A DNA stretch of 64,000 bases, from the IMG/VR virus record IMGVR_UViG_3300042866_001263. The stretch is one strand, 5' to 3'. Below the pieces are notes generated by a model. The model saw only the letters and a program-made list of their open reading frames with translations. It was not told the DNA's origin and did no database searches. The position numbers and the translations under genes are program-made. Of the stretch, positions 20,322 through 29,878 are shown piece after piece (within the stretch, counting starts at the first letter, position 1; every line of letters begins with the position of its first letter). Origin of the DNA: a virus (Duplodnaviria; Caudoviricetes).

Positions 20322-21197
20322 ATGAGTATCGTAACAGAATCTTATGTTCCTAAACTAATTTTGCAATTGAATTCAATTCAAAAAATTGTAAATTATAAGG
20401 GAATCGAAAGAGAAATAACTCACACTTATTGGACGGAACATATTGGTCCGTTACTATATCCTAATTGGGATACCGATAAGGACAAATTAATCCAGCTAAA
20501 TTACTACGATACTGGAGCCTTTCATGCTAAAAGAAGAAAGTTCGTAAAGAATTTTACTACTAACGAGTATGAATGGAAAGATTATGAAATGGAATCCCCT
20601 GACATAGCAGAAGGGAAAACAATTTTTGAGAAATTGAAAGAAGCTTTCTATCTGATGGATAGCATCGAGAAGGAAAGTTTTCAAAAAGATTTATCAGACG
20701 CATATTATGAAACAAGAAATATTAGTTGGTTTGGAATTCGTCTAGTTAGAAACTTTTTACTTGAAGATTCGGATTGGACTATGTTACCAGACAGTCCAGT
20801 TTCAGAAGAAGATAAACCTCTTTGGATTAAATATAGACAGGCGTTACGAAATATTCCACAGATCGAAGAATTTAATGAACCTATTGACGTTCGTTTCCCC
20901 ATGTCCCCATTTGATTGGATGATATTTTATAAAGATAATTCTCCTGATAAATCAGAATATCTTGAGTCTACAGATCATTACATTAAATTATCTGGTTATT
21001 ACATTAATAACTTCAGGGAAAGAATTGTTAAATATCTAATGCTCAGACAATCTGTTGCCAATCCATTAAACTATAAGGCATACAGAGAATATCTGACAGC
21101 TCCTAACAAAAATAGTCCATGGTCAGAAGATCAGTCAGAAGAAGCAGTTGATAATTTATTGATGCAAATAGCAGAAATGGAGGAAAATAACTCATGA
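20322..21197 (+). CDS. tail fibre assembly chaperone-like protein
   Basis: RNFLLEDSDWTMLPDSP...WIKYRQALRNIPQ motif typical of phage tail assembly chaperones; lies directly after the fibre genes. Confidence 0.75.
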   Translation: MSIVTESYVPKLILQLNSIQKIVNYKGIEREITHTYWTEHIGPLLYPNWDTDKDKLIQLNYYDTGAFHAKRRKFVKNFTTNEYEWKDYEMESPDIAEGKTIFEKLKEAFYLMDSIEKESFQKDLSDAYYETRNISWFGIRLVRNFLLEDSDWTMLPDSPVSEEDKPLWIKYRQALRNIPQIEEFNEPIDVRFPMSPFDWMIFYKDNSPDKSEYLESTDHYIKLSGYYINNFRERIVKYLMLRQSVANPLNYKAYREYLTAPNKNSPWSEDQSEEAVDNLLMQIAEMEENNS

Positions 21198-21538
21198 TTG
21201 AAGTTTTCAATTCTTTAGATATACTGGATATTCTTTACGATAGTTCCGAAAAAAATAATTGTGTCTATGTATACTTTACAAACACAAAACTAGATCTATG
21301 TGAAGATAGCGAATTGAAAAAAAGAGTTTATGAATATTACGAAGAATTTTTACCAGAAGATCTAACCTTGATCATCAAAACTGGTAAAGATAATATCATT
21401 AAATTTTCTACGTCAGATTCTGCTATAATTAATGCTAAATCTTGGTTCCCAACAAGAGAACAGTTGGGAGATCTTTCGGATGAATATTATTTCCACTGTC
21501 GTGTTGTAGATGCGGATAGCGTAATTTATGAAAATTAA
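21194..21538 (+). CDS. hypothetical protein
   Basis: 114-aa ORF with ATGA coupling to the upstream gene. Confidence 0.7.
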   Translation: MIEVFNSLDILDILYDSSEKNNCVYVYFTNTKLDLCEDSELKKRVYEYYEEFLPEDLTLIIKTGKDNIIKFSTSDSAIINAKSWFPTREQLGDLSDEYYFHCRVVDADSVIYEN

Positions 21539-21782
21539 AATTTATACATCCCCTGGATGTTCTTATTGTGCTCATTTAAAAACTTTGCTTAAAAGAGCAA
21601 ACCTTGAGTGGGATGAATGTGTCGTAGGACAAGATATTCCTGTCGATCAATTTATGGCAGAATATCCACAGGTAAAAGGAGCTCCCTTTACTGTAATTGA
21701 TGGCAGACAATATCAAACTGTTGCCGATGTTGCAGTAATGTTATTAAAAGAAGGATTAGTAATAGCACCCAAAAAAGATTAA
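21528..21782 (+). CDS. glutaredoxin-like protein
   Basis: IYTSPGCSYC (CxxC) and VKGAPF cis-Pro motif; 84 aa. Confidence 0.85.
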   Translation: MKIKIYTSPGCSYCAHLKTLLKRANLEWDECVVGQDIPVDQFMAEYPQVKGAPFTVIDGRQYQTVADVAVMLLKEGLVIAPKKD

Positions 21783-21798
21783 ATTATAATTTATTATT

Positions 21799-22116
21799 AT
21801 GGAAACAAAAATTATTAAGTTGATTACTGGAGAAGAAGTAATCTGTAAAGTTAGTCATTCGTATGACACAGATAATAATATCATAGGATTTAAGTTTCAT
21901 TTTCCCTATAAGATTATTGTTATTCCAAATGCAGATGAAAATGGACAAACAAAATTTGATGTGAATTATCTTGCATGGATGGGAGCATCAGCAGATACTG
22001 AATTTGATGTATCTTTCTCTTCTGTAGTATCAATTGGATCACCGTTACCAGAAGTTGAAGATCTTTACATGGAAAGATACTCAGAGTATTTGAATGATTT
22101 GAAAGAAAAAGAATGA
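21799..22116 (+). CDS. hypothetical protein (possible Sm-like fold)
   Basis: IIKLITGEEVICKV N-terminus, resembling small T4-like/cyanophage proteins. Confidence 0.6.
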   Translation: METKIIKLITGEEVICKVSHSYDTDNNIIGFKFHFPYKIIVIPNADENGQTKFDVNYLAWMGASADTEFDVSFSSVVSIGSPLPEVEDLYMERYSEYLNDLKEKE

Positions 22117-22691
22117 ATTCTACAAATCCATTAACTATATGGGCAAAAGCATCGTTGCCAGCTGGAACAATTGATAAAATTAGTGCATACATCGATACAC
22201 TAGAATCCAATTGGGAAGAAGGAAAGGTTAAAAATCACGAAGAGAATATAGAATCATTTAAGAATGATGTGAGAGACTGCAGAGTATCTGTGTTGAATGA
22301 TGATTATGTCAATAATTTTATTTTTTCAGAATTAATCAAGGCAAATAAATCTCTCTGGAGATTTTCTATTCATAGCATGGTTCCAATTCAGTATATTGTT
22401 TATGAAACTAATCAACACTATACCTGGCATACAGATTGGATGCAATTTGAAAATGGCAGCATCAGAAAATTATCGATGACTTTGATGTTAAATCAAGTTG
22501 GAACTGATTATGAAGGTGGATCCTTTGAATTTCAATCTTTACATGGAGATAAACCAGTAACTGAAACTATGGAATTGAATAAAGGAGATATGCTTGTCTT
22601 TCCATCATTAATTAGCCATAGAGTTTTGCCAGTTACTTCTGGTATTCGTAAAGTTTTAGTTGGATGGGCGTGTGGTCCGATGTGGACTTGA
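22113..22691 (+). CDS. 2OG-Fe(II) oxygenase (PKHD/prolyl-hydroxylase-like)
   Basis: YTWHTD (HxD), RKLSMTLML, YEGGSFEF, VFPSLISHRVLPVTSGIRKVLVGW. Confidence 0.92.
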   Translation: MNSTNPLTIWAKASLPAGTIDKISAYIDTLESNWEEGKVKNHEENIESFKNDVRDCRVSVLNDDYVNNFIFSELIKANKSLWRFSIHSMVPIQYIVYETNQHYTWHTDWMQFENGSIRKLSMTLMLNQVGTDYEGGSFEFQSLHGDKPVTETMELNKGDMLVFPSLISHRVLPVTSGIRKVLVGWACGPMWT

Positions 22692-22716
22692 CAACTGTTT
22701 GTAGATAACCTAAACT
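22688..22716 (+). promoter_or_regulatory. sigma70-like promoter TTGACA-17-TAAACT
   Basis: Canonical -35 with 17-nt spacing, upstream of the 22740 ORF at the start of the early island. Confidence 0.55.
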
Positions 22717-22739
22717 GCTAGAAACAATCCAGTTTTATA

Positions 22740-22988
22740 ATGCAAGTCCCCACACAACCTGAGTTGATCCACCTGCAACTCCAAGCGATGTTGCGTGATC
22801 ACAATATTCCAGATACAGAAGTAAAGTATCTTGGTGATCGTGAATATACAACTGAATATCAAGCTCATCCAGAGTATCATGGTCAAATCATGCCATGGTA
22901 TTTGATTGCTAACGAACATGAGGTGCCTGTGTGTGACATCGCATCTGTCGATCGAGTGGACGATGAGGAAACTGTCACAGGGGGTTGA
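22740..22988 (+). CDS. hypothetical protein
   Basis: 82-aa ORF behind the promoter at 22688. Confidence 0.75.
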   Translation: MQVPTQPELIHLQLQAMLRDHNIPDTEVKYLGDREYTTEYQAHPEYHGQIMPWYLIANEHEVPVCDIASVDRVDDEETVTGG

Positions 22989-23013
22989 CAGACCCAAAAA
23001 TCTCTGTTATATT
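22957..23013 (+). promoter_or_regulatory. early promoter unit 1: palindrome + TTGACA-17-TATATT
   Basis: TGGACGATG-agga-AACTGTCAC at 22957-22978; -35 at 22985, -10 at 23008. Confidence 0.75.
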
Positions 23014-23066
23014 ACTCTCATGCCTCAACGATGTTGAGCATACCGCACAATTACTTCCAAAAAATT

Positions 23067-24149
23067 ATGTTTAAGAAAGTTGTAGTCGATCAATCGCAAG
23101 ATTTCAACCTCTCGTATCTTGAGATTGACCCAGAAGATGGACCTTCGTATCCTCTTCTAGAATATGTAGATTTTGCTGTTCGTCAGGTTGGTGAGATCAC
23201 CCCCACAGAAGCAAACTATCCTCGTAAGTCTGAGGTAATCCAAAACAAACTTGATGGTCTTGTTGCCTCTACTTCTGGTTACCGTTGGCTCTCTCGTGCT
23301 TGGCCTATTAGTGTCTTTATCTCTGAAGATAAAGAAGAGCAATTCGATCACCGCCACCTTCTTCTTGCTTTGAAGGAGAATGATTGGCGTACTGCACCCG
23401 TGGCTCGTTATCGTCGTAAGGTTACTGGTGACGCTTTGCTTGATAGTCTTTCTGACAGTTCAGTTATGACTTTGAGCGGTATTTTTGTGAATGCTACTGA
23501 CGGTGGCAACCCTCAAAACTGTTCTAGTGCAGATTTTCTGATTCTCTCTCGTGTTATGGAGGATGAAGGTATCCCCCGCACCAAGAAAAATCTAGAAAAG
23601 TTGTTTTCTGTGTCTGGTATCTATGAGCACTTCCCTTTAAAGGGGCATAAATCTACTATCGGCACCATTCGTAACAAAATCCTCAGCAACGAGAAACCTT
23701 CTCAGCGAGTGTTTAACACTTCGAAGGTTGAGATCAAAGATTGGTACGAGAAAAACGAGTTGTTTGGTGAGAACAACTACTCTAGTGTTGATGGTGCCCG
23801 TACTCGCCATAAAGTTCTTGATAACAGTTTCACATATCGTTATGCTAACGATATTCTGAAGTGGGCATTTGAAGCTGTTTTGGCGGGTGAAACTGTCCGT
23901 GTTAGTTGCGCTAGTAAAGCAACTTGTGAACATGAGATTGAGGCTGAGCGTCAAGAAATTGTCGATGCTATTAACGACATTTTGAATAGCACTATCAACT
24001 GGTATATCTCCAAAGTTGAGGGTATGCTTAATGTTGGTTCTCTCTTTAGCTTCAAACTTCCTAAGGTCGATGTTAATTCTCTTCCTTTGGAACTCTACTG
24101 GATCCCCCAGATTGAAGGTGAAGAAGAAGCGATCAGGGTTTCTTTCTGA
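23067..24149 (+). CDS. hypothetical protein, possible ParB/Srx-like N-terminal domain
   Basis: Long ORF (track start 23031; likely start MFKK at 23067). WPISVF...FDHRHLLLAL weakly resembles the ParB-N DGxHR motif. Confidence 0.6.
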   Translation: MFKKVVVDQSQDFNLSYLEIDPEDGPSYPLLEYVDFAVRQVGEITPTEANYPRKSEVIQNKLDGLVASTSGYRWLSRAWPISVFISEDKEEQFDHRHLLLALKENDWRTAPVARYRRKVTGDALLDSLSDSSVMTLSGIFVNATDGGNPQNCSSADFLILSRVMEDEGIPRTKKNLEKLFSVSGIYEHFPLKGHKSTIGTIRNKILSNEKPSQRVFNTSKVEIKDWYEKNELFGENNYSSVDGARTRHKVLDNSFTYRYANDILKWAFEAVLAGETVRVSCASKATCEHEIEAERQEIVDAINDILNSTINWYISKVEGMLNVGSLFSFKLPKVDVNSLPLELYWIPQIEGEEEAIRVSF

Positions 24150-24206
24150 TCCACTTCAAAAACTGTCACAAGGGGGCTCTGTGCCCCCTTTTTCATGCCC
24201 TATACT
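24148..24206 (+). promoter_or_regulatory. early promoter unit 2
   Basis: GATCCACTT-caaa-AACTGTCAC, 31 nt, TATACT. Confidence 0.75.
24170..24193 (+). terminator. intrinsic terminator-like hairpin inside promoter unit 2
   Basis: AAGGGGGC-tctgt-GCCCCCTT followed by TTT. Confidence 0.65.
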
Positions 24207-24228
24207 TATTTCATCAACAGCGAACCGC

Positions 24229-25473
24229 ATGACCCTGACCCTCCGCCCCCACCAGCAGCGTATGCTCGATGCCCTGCTGACTGCTGGTATCGGTCGTGTC
24301 ACCTGCCCTACGGGCGGCGGCAAGACCCTCGTGATGATCCTTGACTGTCTGCGTCGCCTTCAGGCAGCACAGACCCCTCAGACCGTTGTAGTGTGCGCTC
24401 CTCGCATCCTGCTGGCAGTTCAACTGTATGAAGAGTTCTGGTCTGAACTGAACGGCAAAGTTGATGCTACTGTGCTTCACGTTCACAGCGGTGAGGTTGA
24501 TTGCCACCACACCACCAAAGTTCGTGAGATTGTTATTCACGATAGCATCTGCAAAGCTGCCAATTCTCACCAGATTATCTTTACCACTTACAACTCTCTG
24601 CGTCGTATCAACGAGGCAGGTATTGATGTTGACCTGATCTATTATGATGAGGCACACAACTCTGTGCGTCGTGACTTTTACATGGAAGTTGCTGCTGCTA
24701 GTCTGACTGCTCGTAACGCATACTACTTTACTGCTACCCCCAAGTATCGTGGTGGCAACATCAGTATGCACAATACCGATGTGTATGGTAAGGAACTGAT
24801 CAACATTCCTGCTCCTGAACTGGTAGCTAACGGTAGTATCATTCCTCCTACCATCAAGTCTCACCTTGTCGATATTGAGCGTAACAAGTCTCTGCTTGCT
24901 GCAGAGAATGACCGTGAGGTGTTGCTTGACATCGTATCGCAACTCGATGAGGATAGTGCCCAGAAGATCCTGGTTGCTGCTCCTAACACTCGTGTGCTGT
25001 GGCGTTTGCTCTCTAACACCAACGTGATGGCAGAGTTTGCTGCTCGTGGTTATGATGTGCTCCACATCACCAGCAAGCACGGTGCTTACATCAACAAGCA
25101 GAAAGTTGGTCGTCAAGAATTCTTTGACACTCTTGACCTCTGGGGTAAAGATCCCAGCCGTAAGTTCATCATGTTCCACTACAGCATCCTGTCTGAGGGT
25201 ATCAACGTTCCTGGTCTGACCCATTGTATTCTGCTGCGTAACCTGCCTGTGATCGAGATGGCGCAAACCATCGGTCGTGTGATCCGTCTTGACAAGCAGG
25301 ATGCCGCTGATATTCAGTCTGGTAAGATCCCTGCTGGTCAGCTCAGTCTGTATCGCAAATCTACTGGTTTCGTTACTGTTCCTGTGTTTAGTAACTACGG
25401 TCAGCAGACTGAGAAGCGACTGCAGCGTGTTGTGGATGCCATCTTTGTCAAAGGTATTGCCCCTACTGAATGA
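24229..25473 (+). CDS. SF2 (DEAH-box, type III Res-like) helicase
   Basis: Walker A CPTGGGKT, YYDEAH, FTAT, LSEGINVP, QTIGRVIR. Start placed at MTLTLRPHQ downstream of the promoter (track start 24016). Confidence 0.92.
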   Translation: MTLTLRPHQQRMLDALLTAGIGRVTCPTGGGKTLVMILDCLRRLQAAQTPQTVVVCAPRILLAVQLYEEFWSELNGKVDATVLHVHSGEVDCHHTTKVREIVIHDSICKAANSHQIIFTTYNSLRRINEAGIDVDLIYYDEAHNSVRRDFYMEVAAASLTARNAYYFTATPKYRGGNISMHNTDVYGKELINIPAPELVANGSIIPPTIKSHLVDIERNKSLLAAENDREVLLDIVSQLDEDSAQKILVAAPNTRVLWRLLSNTNVMAEFAARGYDVLHITSKHGAYINKQKVGRQEFFDTLDLWGKDPSRKFIMFHYSILSEGINVPGLTHCILLRNLPVIEMAQTIGRVIRLDKQDAADIQSGKIPAGQLSLYRKSTGFVTVPVFSNYGQQTEKRLQRVVDAIFVKGIAPTE

Positions 25474-25483
25474 TTGTGCTAAA

Positions 25484-25789
25484 ATGAAACTCCAAACCCC
25501 CTACGAATTTACTATGACTGTTGAAGGACGCCCCAACATCGATGAAGATTGGGAAGCACGTTACCGTGAGCAGCGTAAGGATCGTCTGACTGACGCTGTG
25601 CATGACTATCTGGATGATGCTAGCACATCTATCCTTGAATTCTATAACGATTTGCGTGACATCATCGTGGAAATGAACACTTATCATAAAACCTTCGCTG
25701 AGAAAGCTGAGGGTGCCCTGCTGCTGGTCCATGGCAAACCCAGGGACGAAAAAGAACAAAATGACATTCCTGGTGAACCTTCCTACTGA
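25484..25789 (+). CDS. hypothetical protein
   Basis: MKLQTPYEF... start inside track ORF 25289-25789; coupled to neighbouring ORFs. Confidence 0.7.
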   Translation: MKLQTPYEFTMTVEGRPNIDEDWEARYREQRKDRLTDAVHDYLDDASTSILEFYNDLRDIIVEMNTYHKTFAEKAEGALLLVHGKPRDEKEQNDIPGEPSY

Positions 25790-26458
25790 TGGACGATAAA
25801 ACTAAACTGATCCTTGCTAAGATGCAAATAAATAACCTCGTTGAACTGCTGAAAGGTAACGAATACGAGAAGTTTTTGTATTCTAAGCTGATTGGTATTG
25901 ATGTAGAACTGTCACGACAACTGAGCCATTATGACTGAAGATGATTTGAAACAAGTGGTTGAGAATTTGCTAGAAATTCAAACTAACAACCAGTATAATT
26001 TTCAGGCACTCCAACTACAGGTTGATGAGTTGCAACGTCAATTAGATGACTTGAATGATCTAAAACAATTGTTTAGGTTGCCTAAACTAGAAAATCAAAA
26101 TAGAGAACCATTCGAAGTCATCGACGCACCAGACGCATGAAATTCGAATACGGTATGCTGGTAGAGTACCGTGGGACACACGGTTGGATCAGCTTTATTG
26201 ATGATGGATACATCACAGTCTGTTTTCTTGACATTCCTGATAAAACCAAGCATAATGGTAGGTATCAGGCAAATTTACTAGTTTTTCGTGAGCATTGGAA
26301 TGAAGTACGCTGTTGTGTGGATCAAACAAAAGAAGAACAAGAAGGCGAAACAACAAGCTATTTTCTACAATCTAGAGGATGCGATCTTGTGGGAGCAGCA
26401 TGTTAACATGACAGAACATGCTAAAACTGAAATTCACCCAGTTTTTGGGGACAGTTGA
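25789..26458 (+). other. four small coupled hypothetical ORFs (25789-25938, 25931-26140, 26137-26406, 26300-26458)
   Basis: Overlapping start/stop codons; two are in the ORF track and two were hand-translated (MDDKTKLILAK..., MKYAVVWIKQKK...). Confidence 0.65.
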
Positions 26459-26506
26459 ATAAGTGTCACAGAGGTCTTGACCAGACCTCTTTTTTTATGG
26501 CATAAT
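26448..26506 (+). promoter_or_regulatory. early promoter unit 3
   Basis: GGGACAGTT-gaat-AAGTGTCAC, 31 nt, CATAAT. Confidence 0.75.
26470..26496 (+). terminator. intrinsic terminator-like hairpin inside promoter unit 3
   Basis: AGAGGTCT-tgacc-AGACCTCT followed by T6. Confidence 0.7.
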
Positions 26507-26528
26507 AACAAGGTAATCAATCAAACAC

Positions 26529-27104
26529 ATGTCTTACTTAGAGCGTCATCTGCTTCCCCTCATTCTCTCCATCAACCCCACAAAGGTAGAGAGTTATATC
26601 GATGCCTGCCTTGGGTGGGAACCTGAGAATAGCGTTCAGAGCATCCGAATTCAGTTTGGTAATAAGATTGAAGAGTTTTGGAACCAAGTTATCAGCGATG
26701 CAAAGAACGCTGAAAATTTGATTGCAGAGAACAACATGATCATGGTTGGTAAAGATGAGCGCCAACTTGATCATCTGTTTAAGTATAGAGTCGGTGAGAA
26801 CGTATACAAACTCTACCTTGAGAGCAAGTGCAATCTCAACTTTGACAGTGAGAAGGACAAAGCATCTAACGCTAAGATCAAAGCAGTTTTGGCGACCATG
26901 GAGGACGCTACTGGAGCATATTTCTGCCCTGTGGTGGATGCTGTGCCACATAAGTGGCAGGTAAAATATACCAACAAAGGCATGAAGATCATTGGTGTCT
27001 CTGATATGATGAAGATGATTGACTGCCCATTTACCATTGAAGAATACTTCACGTTTATGCGTGAAGTTGTTGGTCCTATTCTTGCGGAAAAGCGTTATGG
27101 TTAA
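26529..27104 (+). CDS. putative PD-(D/E)xK endonuclease (possible type II restriction enzyme)
   Basis: QLDHLF...LYLESKCNLNFDSEK resembles the D...ExK catalytic motif; overlaps the downstream methylase start by 8 nt. Confidence 0.5.
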   Translation: MSYLERHLLPLILSINPTKVESYIDACLGWEPENSVQSIRIQFGNKIEEFWNQVISDAKNAENLIAENNMIMVGKDERQLDHLFKYRVGENVYKLYLESKCNLNFDSEKDKASNAKIKAVLATMEDATGAYFCPVVDAVPHKWQVKYTNKGMKIIGVSDMMKMIDCPFTIEEYFTFMREVVGPILAEKRYG

Positions 27105-27942
27105 ACCTATTGTTAAGTATCAAGGTGGCAAATCCCGTGAGATCAAAACGATCACGGGTTTGCTGCCTTCTTTTACTGGAAAGATTATTGAACCATTTTG
27201 TGGTGGTGCTGCTGTAGCATTTCACTATCAGAGACAGTCTATTCTGAGTGATGTCAACCGAGATATTATCAATCTCTATCAGGTTGTGGCATCGGATCAG
27301 TATCAGGAACTTCAAGAAAAAGTTGATATCATCAAAACTCTAGAGCATGATGATCTTGAGATAGAGTTTTATTCAGCTAGAGAAGCAATCAATCAACCGT
27401 GGGATTGTGTAGATCCTCTGCGGAGAGCACTCTCGTACATTGTCGTGCGGCAGTTGTGTTTCTCTGGTATGGAAAGGTATAATGCAAATGGGGAGTTCAA
27501 TGTACCATTTGGACATTACAAATCATTCTCTTGTAATCTCTCGAAGGATCACCATGACTTTCTTTTGAAATGTAAGATCTCTCATGCTTCATTTGAGCAC
27601 TGCTTTGAAGATGCCAATGAGAATGACTTTATTTTCATTGATCCACCTTACCTAGATCGTCTTGGTTATACTACTGGAGATGGTGGTTCAAGTCTACATG
27701 AGAAGCTCTTGAGTTGTCTCAAGACAACATCTGCTAAGTGGTTGATAATTCACTCTGATCATGAGTTCTATCGTGACAGTTATAAAGACTATAATATCAT
27801 GACCAAAGACTTCGTATACTCCCAACGATTTGGGAAGAACAAAAATCATTCTAATGCCAAAGTTCAGCACCTTTACATCACAAACTATCCAGTTGAGGAA
27901 CTGGCACACCCCACCGTGACCCAGCACCTGGACGCTGTATGA
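27097..27942 (+). CDS. Dam-family (D12 class) N6-adenine DNA methyltransferase
   Basis: KPIVKYQGGKS, IEPFCGGAAV (motif I), YNANGEFNVPFG, FIDPPY (motif IV). Confidence 0.93.
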   Translation: MVKPIVKYQGGKSREIKTITGLLPSFTGKIIEPFCGGAAVAFHYQRQSILSDVNRDIINLYQVVASDQYQELQEKVDIIKTLEHDDLEIEFYSAREAINQPWDCVDPLRRALSYIVVRQLCFSGMERYNANGEFNVPFGHYKSFSCNLSKDHHDFLLKCKISHASFEHCFEDANENDFIFIDPPYLDRLGYTTGDGGSSLHEKLLSCLKTTSAKWLIIHSDHEFYRDSYKDYNIMTKDFVYSQRFGKNKNHSNAKVQHLYITNYPVEELAHPTVTQHLDAV

Positions 27943-27943
27943 T
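27886..27943 (+). promoter_or_regulatory. early promoter unit 4
   Basis: TATCCAGTT-gagg-AACTGGCAC, 30 nt, TATGAT. Confidence 0.7.
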
Positions 27944-27968
27944 TACAAGGTAATCGAGAGACACACCC

Positions 27969-28875
27969 ATGCAACTTGTCCAAGGCGCCATGCAGGTTGA
28001 TTTTTACCCTGCTGCTGGTATGACCGATAAGTTTGTTCAAGTTACCTCGTTTGATGGTGCGGAGATGAGCGAGCGTTTGATCAGCAAGCGTGATATGGAG
28101 CGCCAAGCAGATGAGCGTATCAATCAGTATGGTTATCAAGTGACCAAGTTTAACACTTCTCCCCGTATCAAAATGATGGTGTGCTGCTGATGTTTAGCAT
28201 TTTTCTCGCTACTGTCACCGCTCTTCAAGATCCTTATGTTGCTCCAGAAAATATCCGTCGCCATTGTGCTGCTGTTGTTGGCATCCCTTATGCTTCTGAC
28301 AACTTCTCAGAAAAAGAATGGCAACAATTCGTCGGGTGTGTCCGTGAGCATATGAAGAAAGATGCTTGAATTTCCGCACACACCTCCGCAAGGATACTCT
28401 TATGAAACTGTAGAACATAAACGTAACGTGGTTGCCATATGGATTTGCAATCATGGTCAATTTAGCTATACTGATGAAACTCCAAAGTCTATCTGGGGTT
28501 TTTATGATACAAAGAAACGGTGCTATTATGCACCAGTAAATTCTAAAACAGTTGGCAAAGTGGTTGACATTCAAGATACCACACCCTATAGTGCCATGCA
28601 GATCCTGAAGCCCCTTCGCCCTAGCGTCCTGTCGTTCGTCTGAGGCGCCTAGGAGCGCCTGTAACCCCCCTCTGACCCCTATGACCTATCCTTGCCCCTC
28701 TGTGGTCACCAACGTGACCCTGGACACCCAGCAGATCAAGTTTCTGATCGATCTGCTCTGGGGACACGATCCCCGTGACAGTCGCAAGACAGCAAAGCAT
28801 CATGGCGTGGATGATGTGGCAGTTCAGTGCCAGTTGTGGAACTGTCTACAGAGCGCCTTGAGCGAGCTGGATTGA
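27969..28875 (+). other. small hypothetical ORFs (27969-28190, 28181-28369, 28362-28643, 28681-28875)
   Basis: Track ORFs on the + strand, downstream of promoter unit 4. Confidence 0.65.
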
Positions 28876-28884
28876 CCCTATAAT
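28827..28884 (+). promoter_or_regulatory. early promoter unit 5
   Basis: GTGCCAGTT-gtgg-AACTGTCTA, 30 nt, TATAAT. Confidence 0.75.
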
Positions 28885-28912
28885 TACAAGGTAATCAACG
28901 GAGCACCACCCC

Positions 28913-29408
28913 ATGTGGGATGAAATCCAAGACATGCCTGGCGAGATCTTCGATATCTCTGACGAAGACCGTGAAGAGATGGCGAAAGTATTTGCCATGT
29001 CTGAAGAAGAGTATGATGTTTATTGGAACTCCTGACTTACTAACTGATCATGACACTTCCTTCTTACAACGCCATGCAATTTCAATCTAAAGAAGAGCAC
29101 CTTGCTGCTCTCTATGATGCTTGCCTGTTGATTGTCAACACTTACAATGGTTCTGATGTTCTTGATGGTGTAGACATGGGACTTTATACTCCCTTTCAAT
29201 TCATGAAGTCTGCCCGTAACGTTGTCAACCAGATTGCTGAAGGTCACATCAAATGAAAATCTCTTACATCTTTCTTATTGCTATCAGCATTCTGATGTAT
29301 AATGTTGCTCTCGCTAAGAGAGATCAGAACATGTTTGAAGCATACGATAAAGCTTGTGCTGAACTACCCAAAGGACACCCTGATTGTATTTTTGCTAAGA
29401 CCAAATGA
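28913..29408 (+). other. small hypothetical ORFs (28913-29035 acidic MWDEIQDMPGEIFD..., 29050-29256, 29253-29408)
   Basis: Hand translation plus ORF track; downstream of promoter unit 5. Confidence 0.65.
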
Positions 29409-29710
29409 TTATTGCTGGTTTGATGTGTGGTATTGCCACATTTTATGGAGTAGGAGATGGTTTCCATGGACAAAAAACCGCTAATGGTGAACGGTTTGAT
29501 GCTTATCGTTGGACTGCAGCTCATCCTTATCTACCTATGGGTAGTAAAATCAGGGTGACCAACCAAGATAATGGCAAGCAGGTCATTGTTCGTATCAACG
29601 ACCGTGGGCCATATTCTCACGCAGATTTAGATTTATCTTACTCTGCTTTCTCTCACATTCAATCTGCCCGTAAGGGTAACGCTACCGTTTGTTATCGAGT
29701 TATTGGTTAA
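29405..29710 (+). CDS. RlpA-like (DPBB) protein
   Basis: ATFYG...FHGQKTANGERFD...TAAHPYLPMGSKIRVTN...VRINDRGPY...DLS, the RlpA double-psi beta-barrel signature. Confidence 0.9.
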   Translation: MIIAGLMCGIATFYGVGDGFHGQKTANGERFDAYRWTAAHPYLPMGSKIRVTNQDNGKQVIVRINDRGPYSHADLDLSYSAFSHIQSARKGNATVCYRVIG

Positions 29711-29799
29711 TTATGGAAGAAGTTTTGCTTGACCGTTACATCCTGGATCAGATCGATGCATATGATCTAGACCTTTCTGAGCATGACTGGGACAGCGAT

Positions 29800-29857
29800 G
29801 TGCCAGTTGAAGAGCTGTCACAGGAGGCATTGGAACTGCTCTGATCTGCCCTATACT
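29800..29857 (+). promoter_or_regulatory. early promoter unit 6
   Basis: GTGCCAGTT-gaag-AGCTGTCAC, 30 nt, TATACT. Confidence 0.75.
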
Positions 29858-29878
29858 GATTACATCAGCGAGAGACAC

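Noticed and set aside
2367-20902. Many 60-110 aa alternative-frame and minus-strand ORFs inside the fibre genes
   Set aside because: Fully nested in long, well-supported CDSs and without protein-like motifs.
24214-25266. 350-aa minus-strand ORF
   Set aside because: Antisense shadow of the helicase, explained by codon bias; no recognisable motifs, promoter or Shine-Dalgarno.
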